In this document: positions 29,526 through 41,325 of the stretch, piece by piece
How positions within the stretch are numbered: the stretch's first letter is position 1
Layout of the letters: every line of letters starts with the position of its first letter
From: Laetmonice hystrix
Taxonomy: Eukaryota
NCBI GenBank assembly: GCA_965235115.1
Contig: OZ249439.1
Span: 1,550,001 to 1,614,000 of the forward strand
Reading direction: 5' to 3'
DNA: 64,000 nucleotides
Notes under the pieces: generated by a model
Told to the model about the DNA's origin: nothing
What the model saw: only the letters and a program-made list of their open reading frames with translations
Database searches by the model: none
Program-made: the position numbers and the translations under genes

Positions 29526-32153
29526 TGCGAGGGAAGGTTATCTTGTCGTCAGGTGCTTCAACTCCAAATTATTGATCCTCCTGGACACCCATCCAGCTTT
29601 GTACCTGAGTGAACACCTAGCAATACAGCTGTACCAATAGCACGTTTACCAATACAACTGTGCTGGGCACCTCACCACCAGTAGCACATCAACCCATTAC
29701 AGCTGTATTGACAACCAATACAGCTGTGGTCCTGCACCTACAGCTGGACTGGTTGGGACGTCATCTCAGCATCCCGTGTTTGATTGTAAATGTATTACCT
29801 TCAGGTCACGTGGGCTTGAACTGGGTGCATGAGATTCCAACCCTTACTGTACACCTTTATGATACATGTATTGGTAAGTGCACTTGCCAGTACTTGCATC
29901 ATGTCAGTGGCCCTCTAACCATACAGCTGTCCAGTTATTCGACTCCCAGCACAGCGGAATCTCCGAATAGAACATCTGCTGATGCAGCTGTTTAGAGTGA
30001 AACAAACGGCTGTACTATGGCATTATCGCATATTGTTGGGTTTGATCACTGATGCATGGATAGAATGGTTACAAGTCTGGTTTGATGACATCAGAGAAAG
30101 AGTCAGAAGACTTCAGTGATACTAGACTTAGAGTCAGAAATTTCTAGTTCCCCATAAAAGTCAGCATATTAACATACGAACATCAAAAGGAGTTTCCATT
30201 AATTTGATTAAAAGGACAGTCTGTGAGAAGCCTACTCCATACGCTGTCAATGGTACTTGTAACACTGCAACTACATGTACATGTATAACATTTACAGTAG
30301 TCAACAGGTAAGTATATACGGCAGGAAACAAATTCCACACAGATAAGTTATTAATGTTAAATATATTATCACAAAGATCAGATTTATTAGTATGTTGTAT
30401 CACTAGGGTAAAATTCATGAGATTCTACAGCTAGTTCTGTAACTAGCTGACCCCACACAGCAGTAGATAGTTAATACGTCATACTCTGTGATGTTGTGTA
30501 GTTAATTACGTCATACTCTTTGTGGTGTTGTGTGTATTCATGGTACATGCAAGATGTATTATCCTTGAGAAATGTTAGATCAGAAACATGTACAAAGGTT
30601 TGATAAAAGATCAGTGTTATATAAGTGAGATCCTGTACAATCTTACTCCTGGAAACAATGAGTTGTATATGTATGTTGCCGTCATTTGTAGAGCTTTTCT
30701 AATGCCTCTTCCAGATTAATTGATCTCAGTATGTTCCTTCCTGCCCTATTATCATTATCATGCCATTTAATGACGTTTCCGTACTTTTTAAGAAAAGTAC
30801 CAATAATCGTAATACTGTAGATCTAAACATAAAGTTCTAATTGGACTGCAGCCAATAAACGTGCCATATAATAGGTATTCAAAGACACATGCTTAAAGGA
30901 TTTAAAGGGTGCTTATTGTTTGAACGAGTCAGATGGTTTTACGTTTTGGTTTTCATGACCCATTTTCACATATATCTCAAAGTTACTGTTGGCAAAAGTG
31001 CGTCTCAGAATTAAATAAAATTCTCACCACCAACACGTTCTCTCTCTCGAGTTTTTTGTTACATGTCAATACACATGTACTCCCATTATTCAATCATATC
31101 TCTACCACCCAGTGTTCACATTTTCCAAAATCTACAGCTTCTACACCAACATCCAGTCATGTGTTACATTTGTCGATTCGTTGAGGGTCTTCAAATGGGA
31201 TATTATCCTGCGTAAAAATTTCTGAATTCATTAGTGATTGTGTACATCGCTATATCAAAAAATTTTTTAAATGTGGCGTGCTGGCATAAGGGTGGATTAA
31301 TAAATAATATACATAATGGATGGAAAATTTATTTACAAGTTTTGAAAAGAAAAATATTGCTCATGCCATTTTATCCTATACTATATGTCGTACAGCTGTA
31401 CAATTTTATTAATCATACCTGCATTGGGTAGAGAATATCAGCTCGGCTTCATACAATTTTTAGCAATGCAACAGTTTATCACAACTAATATACATTTCAT
31501 GTTATGTTGATAGACATTACCACTCAGCTTTATCACTTGACTAAAATTAATTTCTCTCAGTCATGAAACAGGTATATTTGTGACAGTGTTGGTGTACCAT
31601 AACTGGCCATACACCAGCCATCACAATGTGCCACTATGATCACTCAATGAGACAATACTGAACTCCTTGCTTCACTCACTCCCTGGTGTGTCTTGTTTGG
31701 ACATCCTGCTTGTAGATGTTTAATATATTGAAACCACACAACTTGTTTCATCATCAAAGTGGGCACGTCTGACGTCCTTAGTCATGATACGTCTCCTCTA
31801 TCCGTCTCTGGCCCATATGATATAGTGTGACTATGGGGACTTTCCTTGACCTTGGCACCTTTCTCCTACAAGGCGACCGTCGTTGACTGCCGTGTCCCCA
31901 TTGACTCAAATGTATGAAGTTGTATAAACGTACGACTCAGCATTACACTGGCGGATTCTCCACTCTTGACAGTGTCAGTGTTGTCTTTAGTCTTTACGCT
32001 TGCGTGATTTTCCCAGGCCAAGTCCAGTCGTCATGACGAATACCGTACTCCGATGTAGTTTATTATTGTTTAAATATACGACCATTCACTGTCTCACTCC
32101 TTTACTTTAGTTCACACATTATTGCCAATATTGGCCAAGACCGAGCGACACAC

Positions 32154-32402
32154 TCACATGTTCTTAGAGAGCATCTGTTTAAAGCGATTAGTGACTTGCA
32201 TTGTGGTGTCAATGAACCTGCCCACACAGTTGGTGATGCACTGCTCCGTGCGGTAGTCCATCTTATCCCGCGGCCGGTCCATGCACGTCTCCCAACACGT
32301 GTCCGTTAACTTGTGGATCGTGCTTTGTAATTGAGCCTTCTGTTGCTCCATTGCAATGAACTGTTGGAGTTCTGGGTCCCCACCCGCACTCTGCTGCTCC
32401 AT
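32154..32402 (-). CDS. TIMM8: Mitochondrial import small Tim chaperone Tim8, 82 aa, single coding exon
   Basis: MEQQSAGGDPELQQFIAMEQQKAQLQSTIHKLTDTCWETCMD...EQCITNCVGRFIDTT, with twin CX3C motifs and typical Tim8 sequence. Confidence 0.96.
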   Translation of the reverse strand: MEQQSAGGDPELQQFIAMEQQKAQLQSTIHKLTDTCWETCMDRPRDKMDYRTEQCITNCVGRFIDTTMQVTNRFKQMLSKNM

Positions 32403-32569
32403 AACTCAGTGGATGAGAATTTCCTGTCTCTAAATATACCTATATTGTCGCCTTAGTTCTAAAGGATTCGCCCTGAATACACGTTAAAAAGTCGCCGGGT
32501 CCCTTGCGTCCTTGACATTGACGGAGCCTCGGTTCCGCGATAGCCTATAAGGTATCAGATAGCAAAATA

Positions 32570-33520
32570 AACCCCTCGAATAAGTTTGGAAACTTGTTGT
32601 TAGTCGCTTTTATCTCGGTTATCTTTGGCCTGGTTATATCATGTAATATCAATGGAAAGCTCATTCAGTGTTCTTCACAACGACACCAGATACTAATAAT
32701 CACTTGTTTCAGGGCTCAGTAACTCTGATGCGGGTGGGATCTAAAAAATGTGCACAGAACAACCAGGCTCTAACAACCATCTCTCTATCAGTAACAACCA
32801 GCTCTCTAGACTCTATCAGTAACAACCAACTCTCTATCAGTAACAACCAACTCTCTATCAGTAGCAACCAACTCTCTGTTAGTAACAACCAGCTCCAGTA
32901 ACAACTAGCTGCCTATCACTATCAGTAACTACAGCTCTCTATCAGTAACAACCACTTTATCTGTAACAACCTGCTCCCTATGTCTATGATCAGTAACAAC
33001 CAGCATCAGTAACAAGAAATAAACGAGACATATTGACAATTTTACGTTTTATTCTTTGAAAATTGCCAATAGGTCTTGTTTATTCCAAAACAAAATCAAC
33101 CAACCCTCTCTCAGCATCAGTAGGCCTAACAACCTGTTCTCTACCTGTAACATGCCATGTAATAATTATGTCTTGTTAAAAAAAGTTTATTTCTTGCTTG
33201 TTCTATGCTGATAGGGAGTTGGTTGTTAGGCCTTGCATGGCTATAGTAGGCCTATAGAGAGCTGTTACTTACTCACGGAGGTTGGTTTGATATGTTGAGC
33301 ACTGGATTTGGCAAATTTGGCACATTTTGTTTAGACCCCACCCGCATTCACAGCTGCTCAGAGTTAGTGAGCCGTGAAAGAAGTGATTATAACATCTAGG
33401 TGGTACTGGTGTCGTTGTGAAGAGGAATAAATGAGCTTTCCATTGATATGTGACATGACTGCACCAACCGAGATAAGTGACTATAACAACAACAAGTTTC
33501 CAAACTTTTTTTGAGGGGTT
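32570..33520. mobile_element. Pair of ~190-bp diverged inverted repeats enclosing a tandem array (foldback-like)
   Basis: 32570-32753 aligns with the reverse complement of 33320-33520. Shared blocks include agtttggaaacttgttgtt, tatcaatggaaagctcatt, cttcacaacgacaccag and gcgggtgg. Confidence 0.7.
32775..33013. repeat. Degenerate ~21-bp tandem repeat (ctctctatcagtaacaaccaa)
   Basis: About 9-10 copies lie between the inverted arms. Confidence 0.85.
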
Positions 33521-33992
33521 AATTTGCCTGCATTCCAAAACAGCGTTCGCTGTAATCTTCGTATAGCCTACATTATGTAGATCTATGCAAAATAATTGAA
33601 AATTCTGGGAGCCGGGTAGGCTTACGCCTGCTTAGAGTAGCCTTGATGGGAAATTTGAAACCAAAGACCGAGGGCTAGCTGGTAGCAATTTGCTGGTAGC
33701 AAAGATCCTGTGCGTGTGAACAAGAAGCTTTGACTTTATAAATAATCAATAATGAAAACAGAGTGGCCATAGTTACGTCACAGTCACTGAGTCAGGACCT
33801 CATTGGCACGGTAATTAAAGTGTGGAACAACACGCTTATATTTTGTTTGTCGTTTCACATTTGGTCTGTTGAGGATAAGCTCTCGACCCAAAAAGTCATA
33901 AAACTACGATCTTTAAAAGAAAGAACATCGTGAACATGACCGAGGGCGAGGGCAGTGAAATTCAACGACCAGGGAAAGCGCCGTCAGCGTGA

Positions 33993-34262
33993 CACGAATC
34001 CGTGATTTTGGCGCGTTACTAAGCCAACCTTAACTATGACGTCAAAATAGGCCTACTAACCCAGTTACGTCACAGTCAAGAAACCCAGAATGCCTCACTG
34101 GCACGGTAACCAAATTATGTTGCCGGCCACGAATCCGTGACTTTGGCGCGTTACTAAGCCAACCTTAACTATGACGTCAAAATAGGCCTACTAACCCAGT
34201 TACGTCACAGTCAAGAAACCCAGAATGCCTCACTGGCACGGTAACCAAAGTGTTATAATTAT
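33993..34262 (+). promoter_or_regulatory. 135-bp tandem duplication in the CNBD2-like promoter, each copy with a full CRE (TGACGTCA) and a TTACGTCA variant
   Basis: Copies start at 33993 and 34128. TGACGTCA lies at 34037-34044 and 34172-34179, about 170-310 bp upstream of ATG 34350. Function is inferred. Confidence 0.55.
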
Positions 34263-34349
34263 GTTGCCGGCCAAGGAGGGGCAGAGAATAGGCCTGTTTA
34301 AGAACCCCAACCTACACCAAACAGCGAGATGTAAAAGATCCCGGTGAAC

Positions 34350-37300
34350 ATGGCTGAAGACGACCACGTGAAGCTGCCAGATATCAATGATCCGAGCAAG
34401 CAGACCGTGCAGGCGACCCGCCGCAGACCCACCATCATTGGAATCGACGATTCCGGCACCATCCAGGAAGCCGTGCTCCCAACAGATGGCGGTGACGACG
34501 ATGATCCCCCGCCATCCATGCCCAACAAAAAGGAGGAAAAAGGCATGACCCTGTGGGACAAACTGAGTCGTGCCTCCGAATCGGATACTTCGACCTCCTC
34601 CAAGCCTAAGGTAGCCTACATATAATATTATTATTTCTACCAGGCCAAAGACAATGCCCCCTCCCCTTTTTGTTATATGCTGACTTTTAGCGAAGTCATG
34701 CCTTATTAGTTTACGCACACCTTGGGACTTTGGCCGCCACATCGTGATCGTCGACCCATCCCCTACAAACGCGCCTGTATTTATTTATCTTTTTTTTTTG
34801 TCTGTTTGTCTGCTTTTTTATTGCGCATTAATCCATAACAAAGTACATAAACAATGAAAGTAGTAAAAAACTGTAGAATCAACCCTGTTACAACGGCCTT
34901 AATTTTCTATCCTTCTTATCGTAGCAGCTCCCCTCCCCCCGGACTAGGATTCTGAATCCGCCCTCCCCAAAATAAAAGTATAACGTATCTGGAAGTCAAC
35001 TTTAAGTCTATAGCATTCTAGTATAGCATAGCCATATAAGCCCCACACGTGTACGGAGTCGCTTTCCGTCTCGGGGGCCGGGCGGGGGAGCTCCTCAGAG
35101 GACATTGCATCTTTGTAAAGCTCTTCTCTGATTAGTGAATGCGTGCTTGGTGTGTTTAGCCGAGGCGGTTCCTACGCCTGGCCCGCATGGTCCGCACCAA
35201 CCTACAGTGGGCCCACGACATGCACAACAAACACGAGGAGGAACCCATGTTTGTGGTGAAGAACGTTGGAGGTGACCAGACTGAGCCACTCACCTTCAAC
35301 GTGGCCAACTTCAGGGTCAGTCACAAAACATACGGCGGCCTGTCGACTCGTGTACGCCGCCTCCTACACAAACACCCGTTTGAGAGGAGCCAATCCGACC
35401 TCCGCGTTCTTACAGTAAGCACATTCCCCACAAAATCCGATCTATTCCATTTTCAAAGGCGCCGAAACTCGGGGCAAAGGGGGTCAATGTCACCCAACTG
35501 TCAACCTTAGGAGATTGGCCCTCTAGCTGGGGTTTAGAACTTGTTTGAAGTCGAAGTTTTCCGTTAACCTAATCTGTAATTGTCACAGGTCCCTGCCTCA
35601 TTCAGTTGGTAACAATTACCATATCTCAGTTTGTAAACCAACGACGCTGACAAGGCCCATCCATACCTTCACGCCTCCTCCCACCATATCTAAGCATCTC
35701 TCCGGTCGGCTGTCTGTTCCTGTCTCAACCAGGACGTGATAGCCCGGCTGAAGTGTTTCAGTAAGTACTCGACGGCCGCCAAAAGGGAGCTGGCAGGGAT
35801 CATTTTCTACGACTCCTTTGACGACGGTCGGGTTGTGATCCAGGAGGGTCACGTGGGTGTGTCCTTCTACTTCATTGTCAGTGGTACTGTGGTCATCAAG
35901 GTTCAGGAAACGGAGAAAGCTACAGGTAGGCATGGTAACCTGGTGGATAAAACTCACAGGTAGGCATGGTAACCTGGTGGATAAAACCCACAGGTATAGA
36001 TCTAGGCATGGTAACCTGGTGGATAAAACCCACAGGTATAGATCTAGGCATGGTAACCCGGTGGATAAAACCCACAGGTAGGCATGGTAACCCGGTGGAT
36101 AAAACTCACAGGTAGGCATGGTAACCTGGTGGATAAAACCCACAGGTAGGCATGGTAACCCGGTGGATAAAACCCACAGGTATAGATCTAGGCATGGTAA
36201 CCTGGTGGATAAAACCCACAGGTAGGCATGGTAACCTGGTGGATAAAACTCACAGGTAGGCATGGTAACCCGGTGGATAAAACTCACAGGTAGGCAGGGT
36301 AACCCGGTGGATAAAACCCACAGGTAGGCATGGTAACCTGGTGGATAAAACCCACAGGTATAGATCTAGGCATGGTAACCCGGTGGATAAAACCCACAGG
36401 TAGGCATGGTAACCCGGTGGATAAAACCCACAGGTAGGCATGGTAACCCGGTGGATAAAACCCACAGGTAGGCATGGTAACCTGGTGGATAAAACCCACA
36501 GGTAGGCATGGTAACCCGGTGGATAAAACCCACAGGTAGGCATGGTAACCTGGTGGATAAAACCCACAGGTAGGCATGGTAACCTGGTGGATAAAACCCA
36601 CAGGTAGGCATGGTAACCTGGTGGATAAAACCCACAGGTAGGCATGGTAACCCGGTGGATAAAACCCACAGGTAGGCATGGTAACCCGGTGGATAAAACC
36701 CACAGGTTGGCATAGTAACCCGGCAGAGAAAACCACAGGTAGGCATGGTAACCTGGTGGATAAAACCCACAGGTTGGCATAGTAACCCGGCAGAGAAAAC
36801 CACAGGTAGGCATGGTAACCTGAAAGACAAAACCACAGGTCGGCATAGTAATACCGGGTACACATACCGGGTTTTTGTTACTCGGACATTGGTTGGATGA
36901 TTGACCAGTTATGCTGTGACTAAGGCTCATGTAAATATTCTATAACTGTACATATTATGTACGAATAAATGATATAGTATTAGTTAAGTAATCAGTGGCA
37001 CAAAGTAAACTTTTGGTCTACACCCATTAGGCCGACGATTTAATCAATACGTTGGTGAACTGGCCGAGGGCTCATCGTTTGGTGAACTGGCTCTGCTCCA
37101 CAATATCAAGAGAACAGCAACAATCATCTGTAAAGGTAAGGCCTAAACCAGCTCTTCCCTCTACTAGTTACAATTAAAATAAGAAAAGGGAAGACAAAAT
37201 TCACTGCTTGTCCATAACTTTTACTAAGTTTTTAAAAGATACTTTAATAGTAGTTATACCACCAATATCCCAATGTATACAACCATACTGATGACTTATC

Positions 37301-40300
37301 CTTTGTGCGTGCATCTGTGAGTAAGAGAGACAGAGACAGAGAGGCAGAGAGAGCGCNNNNNNNNNNNNNNNNNNNNNNNNNNNNNNNNNNNNNNNNNNNN
37401 NNNNNNNNNNNNNNNNNNNNNNNNNNNNNNNNNNNNNNNNNNNNNNNNNNNNNNNNNNNNNNNNNNNNNNNNNNNNNNNNNNNNNNNNNNNNNNNNNNNN
37501 NNNNNNNNNNNNNNNNNNNNNNNNNNNNNNNNNNNNNNNNNNNNNNNNNNNNNNNNNNNNNNNNNNNNNNNNNNNNNNNNNNNNNNNNNNNNNNNNNNNN
37601 NNNNGTTGTTTTAACCAGGCCCGTGTGAGTTCCTGCGGGTTGACAAGGATGACTTCGTGGCGGTACTGAAGAATGTGACGACGGGCGAGTACCACGCGCG
37701 GCTGATCTTCCTCCGGGATGTGGCTCTCTTCAACGATTGGTCGGACCAGGAGCTGAGGGCCATCAACAACATGTGCCGGAACTCAGAGTACCCGGCCAAC
37801 CACGTGAGTACCCGACCAACCACGTGAGTACCCGGCCAACCACGTGAGTACCCGGCCAACCACGTGAGTACCCGACTAACCACGTGATATGTTCCTGGAG
37901 AGTGTGAGCGGTTCCTACTGAGTGCCTTTCCTTCTTCTTGATTCTATGCTGATGTTCTTCCCGGGTCTGTATCTATGTAGGTGTATGTGGATTTCTGTCG
38001 ATACTCTCTGTGATGAGCCCGGGTCTGTATCTATGTAGGTGTATGTGAATTTCTGTCGATACTCTCTGTGATGAGCCCGGGTCTGTATCTATGTAGGTGT
38101 ATGTGAATTTCTGTCGATACTCTCTGTGATGAGCCCGTGTTTTGGTCCCTACCCCCAGGTGATCTTGCGTTACGACCAGCCACAGAATGACAACGTTTTC
38201 TTTGTCTTCACGGGCGAGTGTTACATCGTGCGGGAGGTCATCCTTATCCGGGAACCCATGCCGTTTGGTGGAGTCAAGTTGCTCCTCCCCACTGACCAAC
38301 AGGTACCTATACCTCCCTACATTACGAAATTTTCATGACCGTGGGAACCCTGAAATAATCAGATTTCATCGCCTCAGGATCATATAATGGTTTTAAAAAG
38401 GAATCACAAAAGTACGAAGATGACTTACTTACTTTTATTTACTAAGTCGTCCGTACGACTTCCTCACCTGTACGACTTACAACCCCGTACGTACGTGTTT
38501 GTACCTGATGTCATTGAGTTTGATTTGGACCCATGTGACGGGTGTGTTTGTACCTGATGTCATTGAGTTTGATTTGGACTCGATGGGTGTGTTTGTACCT
38601 GATGTCATTGAGTTTGATTTGGACCAATGTGATCGGTGTGTTTGTACCTGATGTCATTGAGTTTGATTTGGACTCGATGGGTGTGTTTGTACCTGATGTC
38701 ATTGAGTTTGATTTGGACTCGATGGGTGTGTTTGTACCTGATGTCATTGAGTTTGATTTGGACCAATGTGATCGGTGTGTTTGTACCTGATGTCATTGAG
38801 TTTGATTTGGACTCGATGGGTGTGTTTGTACCTGATGTCATTGAGTTTGATTTGGACTCGATGGGTGTGTTTGTACCTGATGTCATTGAGTTTGATTTGG
38901 ACCAATGTGATCGGTGTGTTTGTACCTGATGTCATTGAGTTTGATTTGGACCCATGTGATCGGTGTGTTTGTACCTGATGTCATTGAGTTTGATTTGGAC
39001 TCGATGGGTGTGTTTGTACCTGATGTCATTGAGTTTGATTTGGACTCGATGGGTGTGTTTGTACCTGATGTCATTGAGTTTGATTTGGACCAATGTGATC
39101 GGTGTGTTTGTACCTGATGTCATTGAGTTTGATTTGGACCAATGTGATCGGTGTGTTTGTACCTGATGTCATTGAGTTTGATTTGGACTCGATGGGTGTG
39201 TTTGTACCTGATGTCATTGAGTTTGATTTGGACTCGATGGGTGTGTTTGTACCTGATGTCATTGAGTTTGATTTGGACCCATGTGATCGGTGTGTTTGTA
39301 CCTGATGTCATTGAGTTTGATTTGGACTCGATGGGTATGTTTGTACCTGATGTCATTGAGTTTGATTTGGACTCGATGGGTGTGTTTGTACCTGATGGCA
39401 TTGAGTTTGATTTGGACCCATGTGGTCGGTGTGTTTGTACCTGATGTCATTGAGTTTGATTTGGACTCGATGGGTGTGTTTGTACCTGATGTCATTGAGT
39501 TTGATTTGGACCCATGTGATCGGTGTGTTTGTACCTGATGTCATTGAGTTTGATTTGGACCCATGTGATCGGTGTGTTTGTACCTGATGTCATTGAGTTT
39601 GATTTGGACCCATGTGATCGGTGTGTTTGTACCTGATGTCATTGAGTTTGATTTGGACCCATGTGATCGGTGTGTTTGTACATGATATCATTGAGTTTGA
39701 TTTGGACCCATGTGATCAGTGTGTTTGTACCTGATGTTATTGAGTTTGATTTGGACCCATGTGATCGGTGTGTTTGTACCTGATGTCATTGAGTTTGATT
39801 TGGACCCATGTGATCGGTGTGTTTGTACATGATATCATTGAGTTTGATTTGGACCCATGTGATCGGTGTGTTTGTACCTGATGTCATTGAGTTTGATTTG
39901 GACCCATGTGATCGGTGTGTTTGTACATGATATCATTGAGTTTGATTTGGACCCATGTGATCGGTGTGTTTGTACCTGATGTCATTGAGTTTGATTTGGA
40001 CCCATGTGATCGGTGTGTTTGTACCTGATGTCATTGAGTTTGATTTCGACCCATGCGAAGGGTGTGTTTGTACCTGATGTCATTGAGTTTGATTTGGACC
40101 CATGTGACGGGTGTTTTTGTACCTGATGTCATTGAGTTTGATTTGGACTCGATGGGTGTGTTTGTACCTGATGTCATTGAGTTTGATTTGGACTCGATCG
40201 GTGTGTTTGTACCTGATGTGTTTTAGCTCAAAGCAATGATGGTCCAGACTGAGATGGAGGACCGCCGGGTCACCGTCCACAACAGGCGCCCCGACCGCCG

Positions 40301-41325
40301 CCTCTGGACCGTCTGTGTGCTGGGCCGCGGGAGTTACTTCGGCGTCGGTTAGTATGCCAGTTACAGCAGTGGTTAAATGCCTTACGTAGACTGGTTCTGT
40401 CCACAGGGGTGCGTTTCACAAACATTATTATCGTTAAAATCTCCATTGAAAATACATTGTTGTGAACGACACGACAAGCTAACGACAGGTTGTGAACGCA
40501 CCGCTGGGGCCCGTTTCACGAACGATGCATGATGTATTTCTCGTATAGCCTAGGGATTTAGCTCGTATTAAACCAGGGTCTGCGCCACCGATGGCTCGTA
40601 GTGAAAGGACCCCCCAGATATTATAGATCCGTAAGGAAATAGGGCCGTGCATTTTGTATACTCTCCTTTTTAAATATATTCGCTGAGTTTGAATGTAGAA
40701 TGTTTTGTGTACCCCACCAGGTGAAAACATGGATTCCACATACATTATCACCAAGACAAAGGCTGAGCTCATCCAGGTTCCCAAGATCCTTTTCGCCAAG
40801 TACGGTCGGAGTAAGACACTGGATAGCATGCGTGATAACATCAATAGATGGCTTCCTGATAACAGGGTTCTCTACCAAACCTACTTCAGTCACCAGAAGT
40901 GGAACAAATACAAGGTTACTTACCTAAACTCCTCTCCACGACCTCAGCTTTCTAGGGTGCAACCCAGTTATAATGTGTGGCTCAGACTGTTTCATATTAA
41001 ACCCTTTCTATCGGGGTCAGTCCAGCAGTGTAGCTGCCGTATTCATAATGACGAAAAATCAAAGCGATCGGTTTACTGTCCTTTCAAGACTTTTGTGTTT
41101 TTTAAAACCATTCCGGTAAATTTTAATCGTATAGACCAACCAGTAATCACACTGCAGTACTACTAACGCCATCTGTCGTTATGGAGTGAACAATTTGCTT
41201 TCTTTCCACAGAAAAGAGTCGTTGATGAAATCATCCAACGTCAGGCCGTTGCTACGAAAAGCAAGCCATCCGATGTCCCCCTGGTGGTGAGACTCGAAAA
41301 CAGCATGAACGTTAACTACGCCTAA
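34350..41325 (+). CDS. Cyclic nucleotide-binding domain protein (CNBD2-like, two CNB domains), 523 aa, 9 exons
   Basis: Exons 34350-34610, 35160-35414, 35733-35925, 37031-37135, 37619-37803, 38159-38302, 40227-40347, 40721-40914 and 41212-41325 (1572 nt, in phase). Motifs include VVIQEGHVGVSFYFIVSG, GSSFGELALLHNIKRTATI, CEFLRVDKDDF and LGRGSYFGVGE. An exon hidden in the N gap cannot be excluded but is not needed for phase. Confidence 0.85.
35921..36860 (+). repeat. 34-bp minisatellite (~27 copies, four with an 8-bp insertion) starting at the exon 3 donor of the CNBD gene
   Basis: Unit caggtaggcatggtaacc(t/c)ggtggataaaaccca. The first copy is the real donor ACAG|GTAGGC. Confidence 0.96.
37357..37604. 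other. Assembly gap (248 N) next to a (GA)n-like run
   Basis: Run of N preceded by gagagacagagacagagaggcagagagag. Confidence 0.99.
37786..37885 (+). repeat. 20-bp repeat x5 spanning the exon 5 end and donor of the CNBD gene
   Basis: gagtacccg(g/a)ccaaccacgt units. CAC|GTGAGT recurs at 37804, 37824, 37844 and 37864. Confidence 0.92.
37960..38137. repeat. 58-bp tandem repeat x3
   Basis: cccgggtctgtatctatgtaggtgtatgtg(g/a)atttctgtcgatactctctgtgatgag starts at 37960, 38018 and 38076. Confidence 0.92.
38493..40219. repeat. 45/49-bp minisatellite (~36 units) with 139-bp higher-order periodicity in its 5' half
   Basis: Core gtgtgtttgtacctgatgtcattgagtttgatttggac followed by tcgatgg or c(a/c)atgtgatcg. 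It ends a few nt before the exon 7 acceptor. Confidence 0.97.
40408..40502. mobile_element. Short MITE-like inverted repeat element
   Basis: ggtgcgtttcacaa versus ttgtgaacgcacc (reverse complement ggtgcgttcacaa). Confidence 0.55.

Noticed and set aside
35616-40280. Many 60-226-aa ORFs with periodic translations
   Set aside because: They are products of non-coding 34-bp and 45/49-bp minisatellites. The arrays have no unique spacers, so they are not CRISPR-like.
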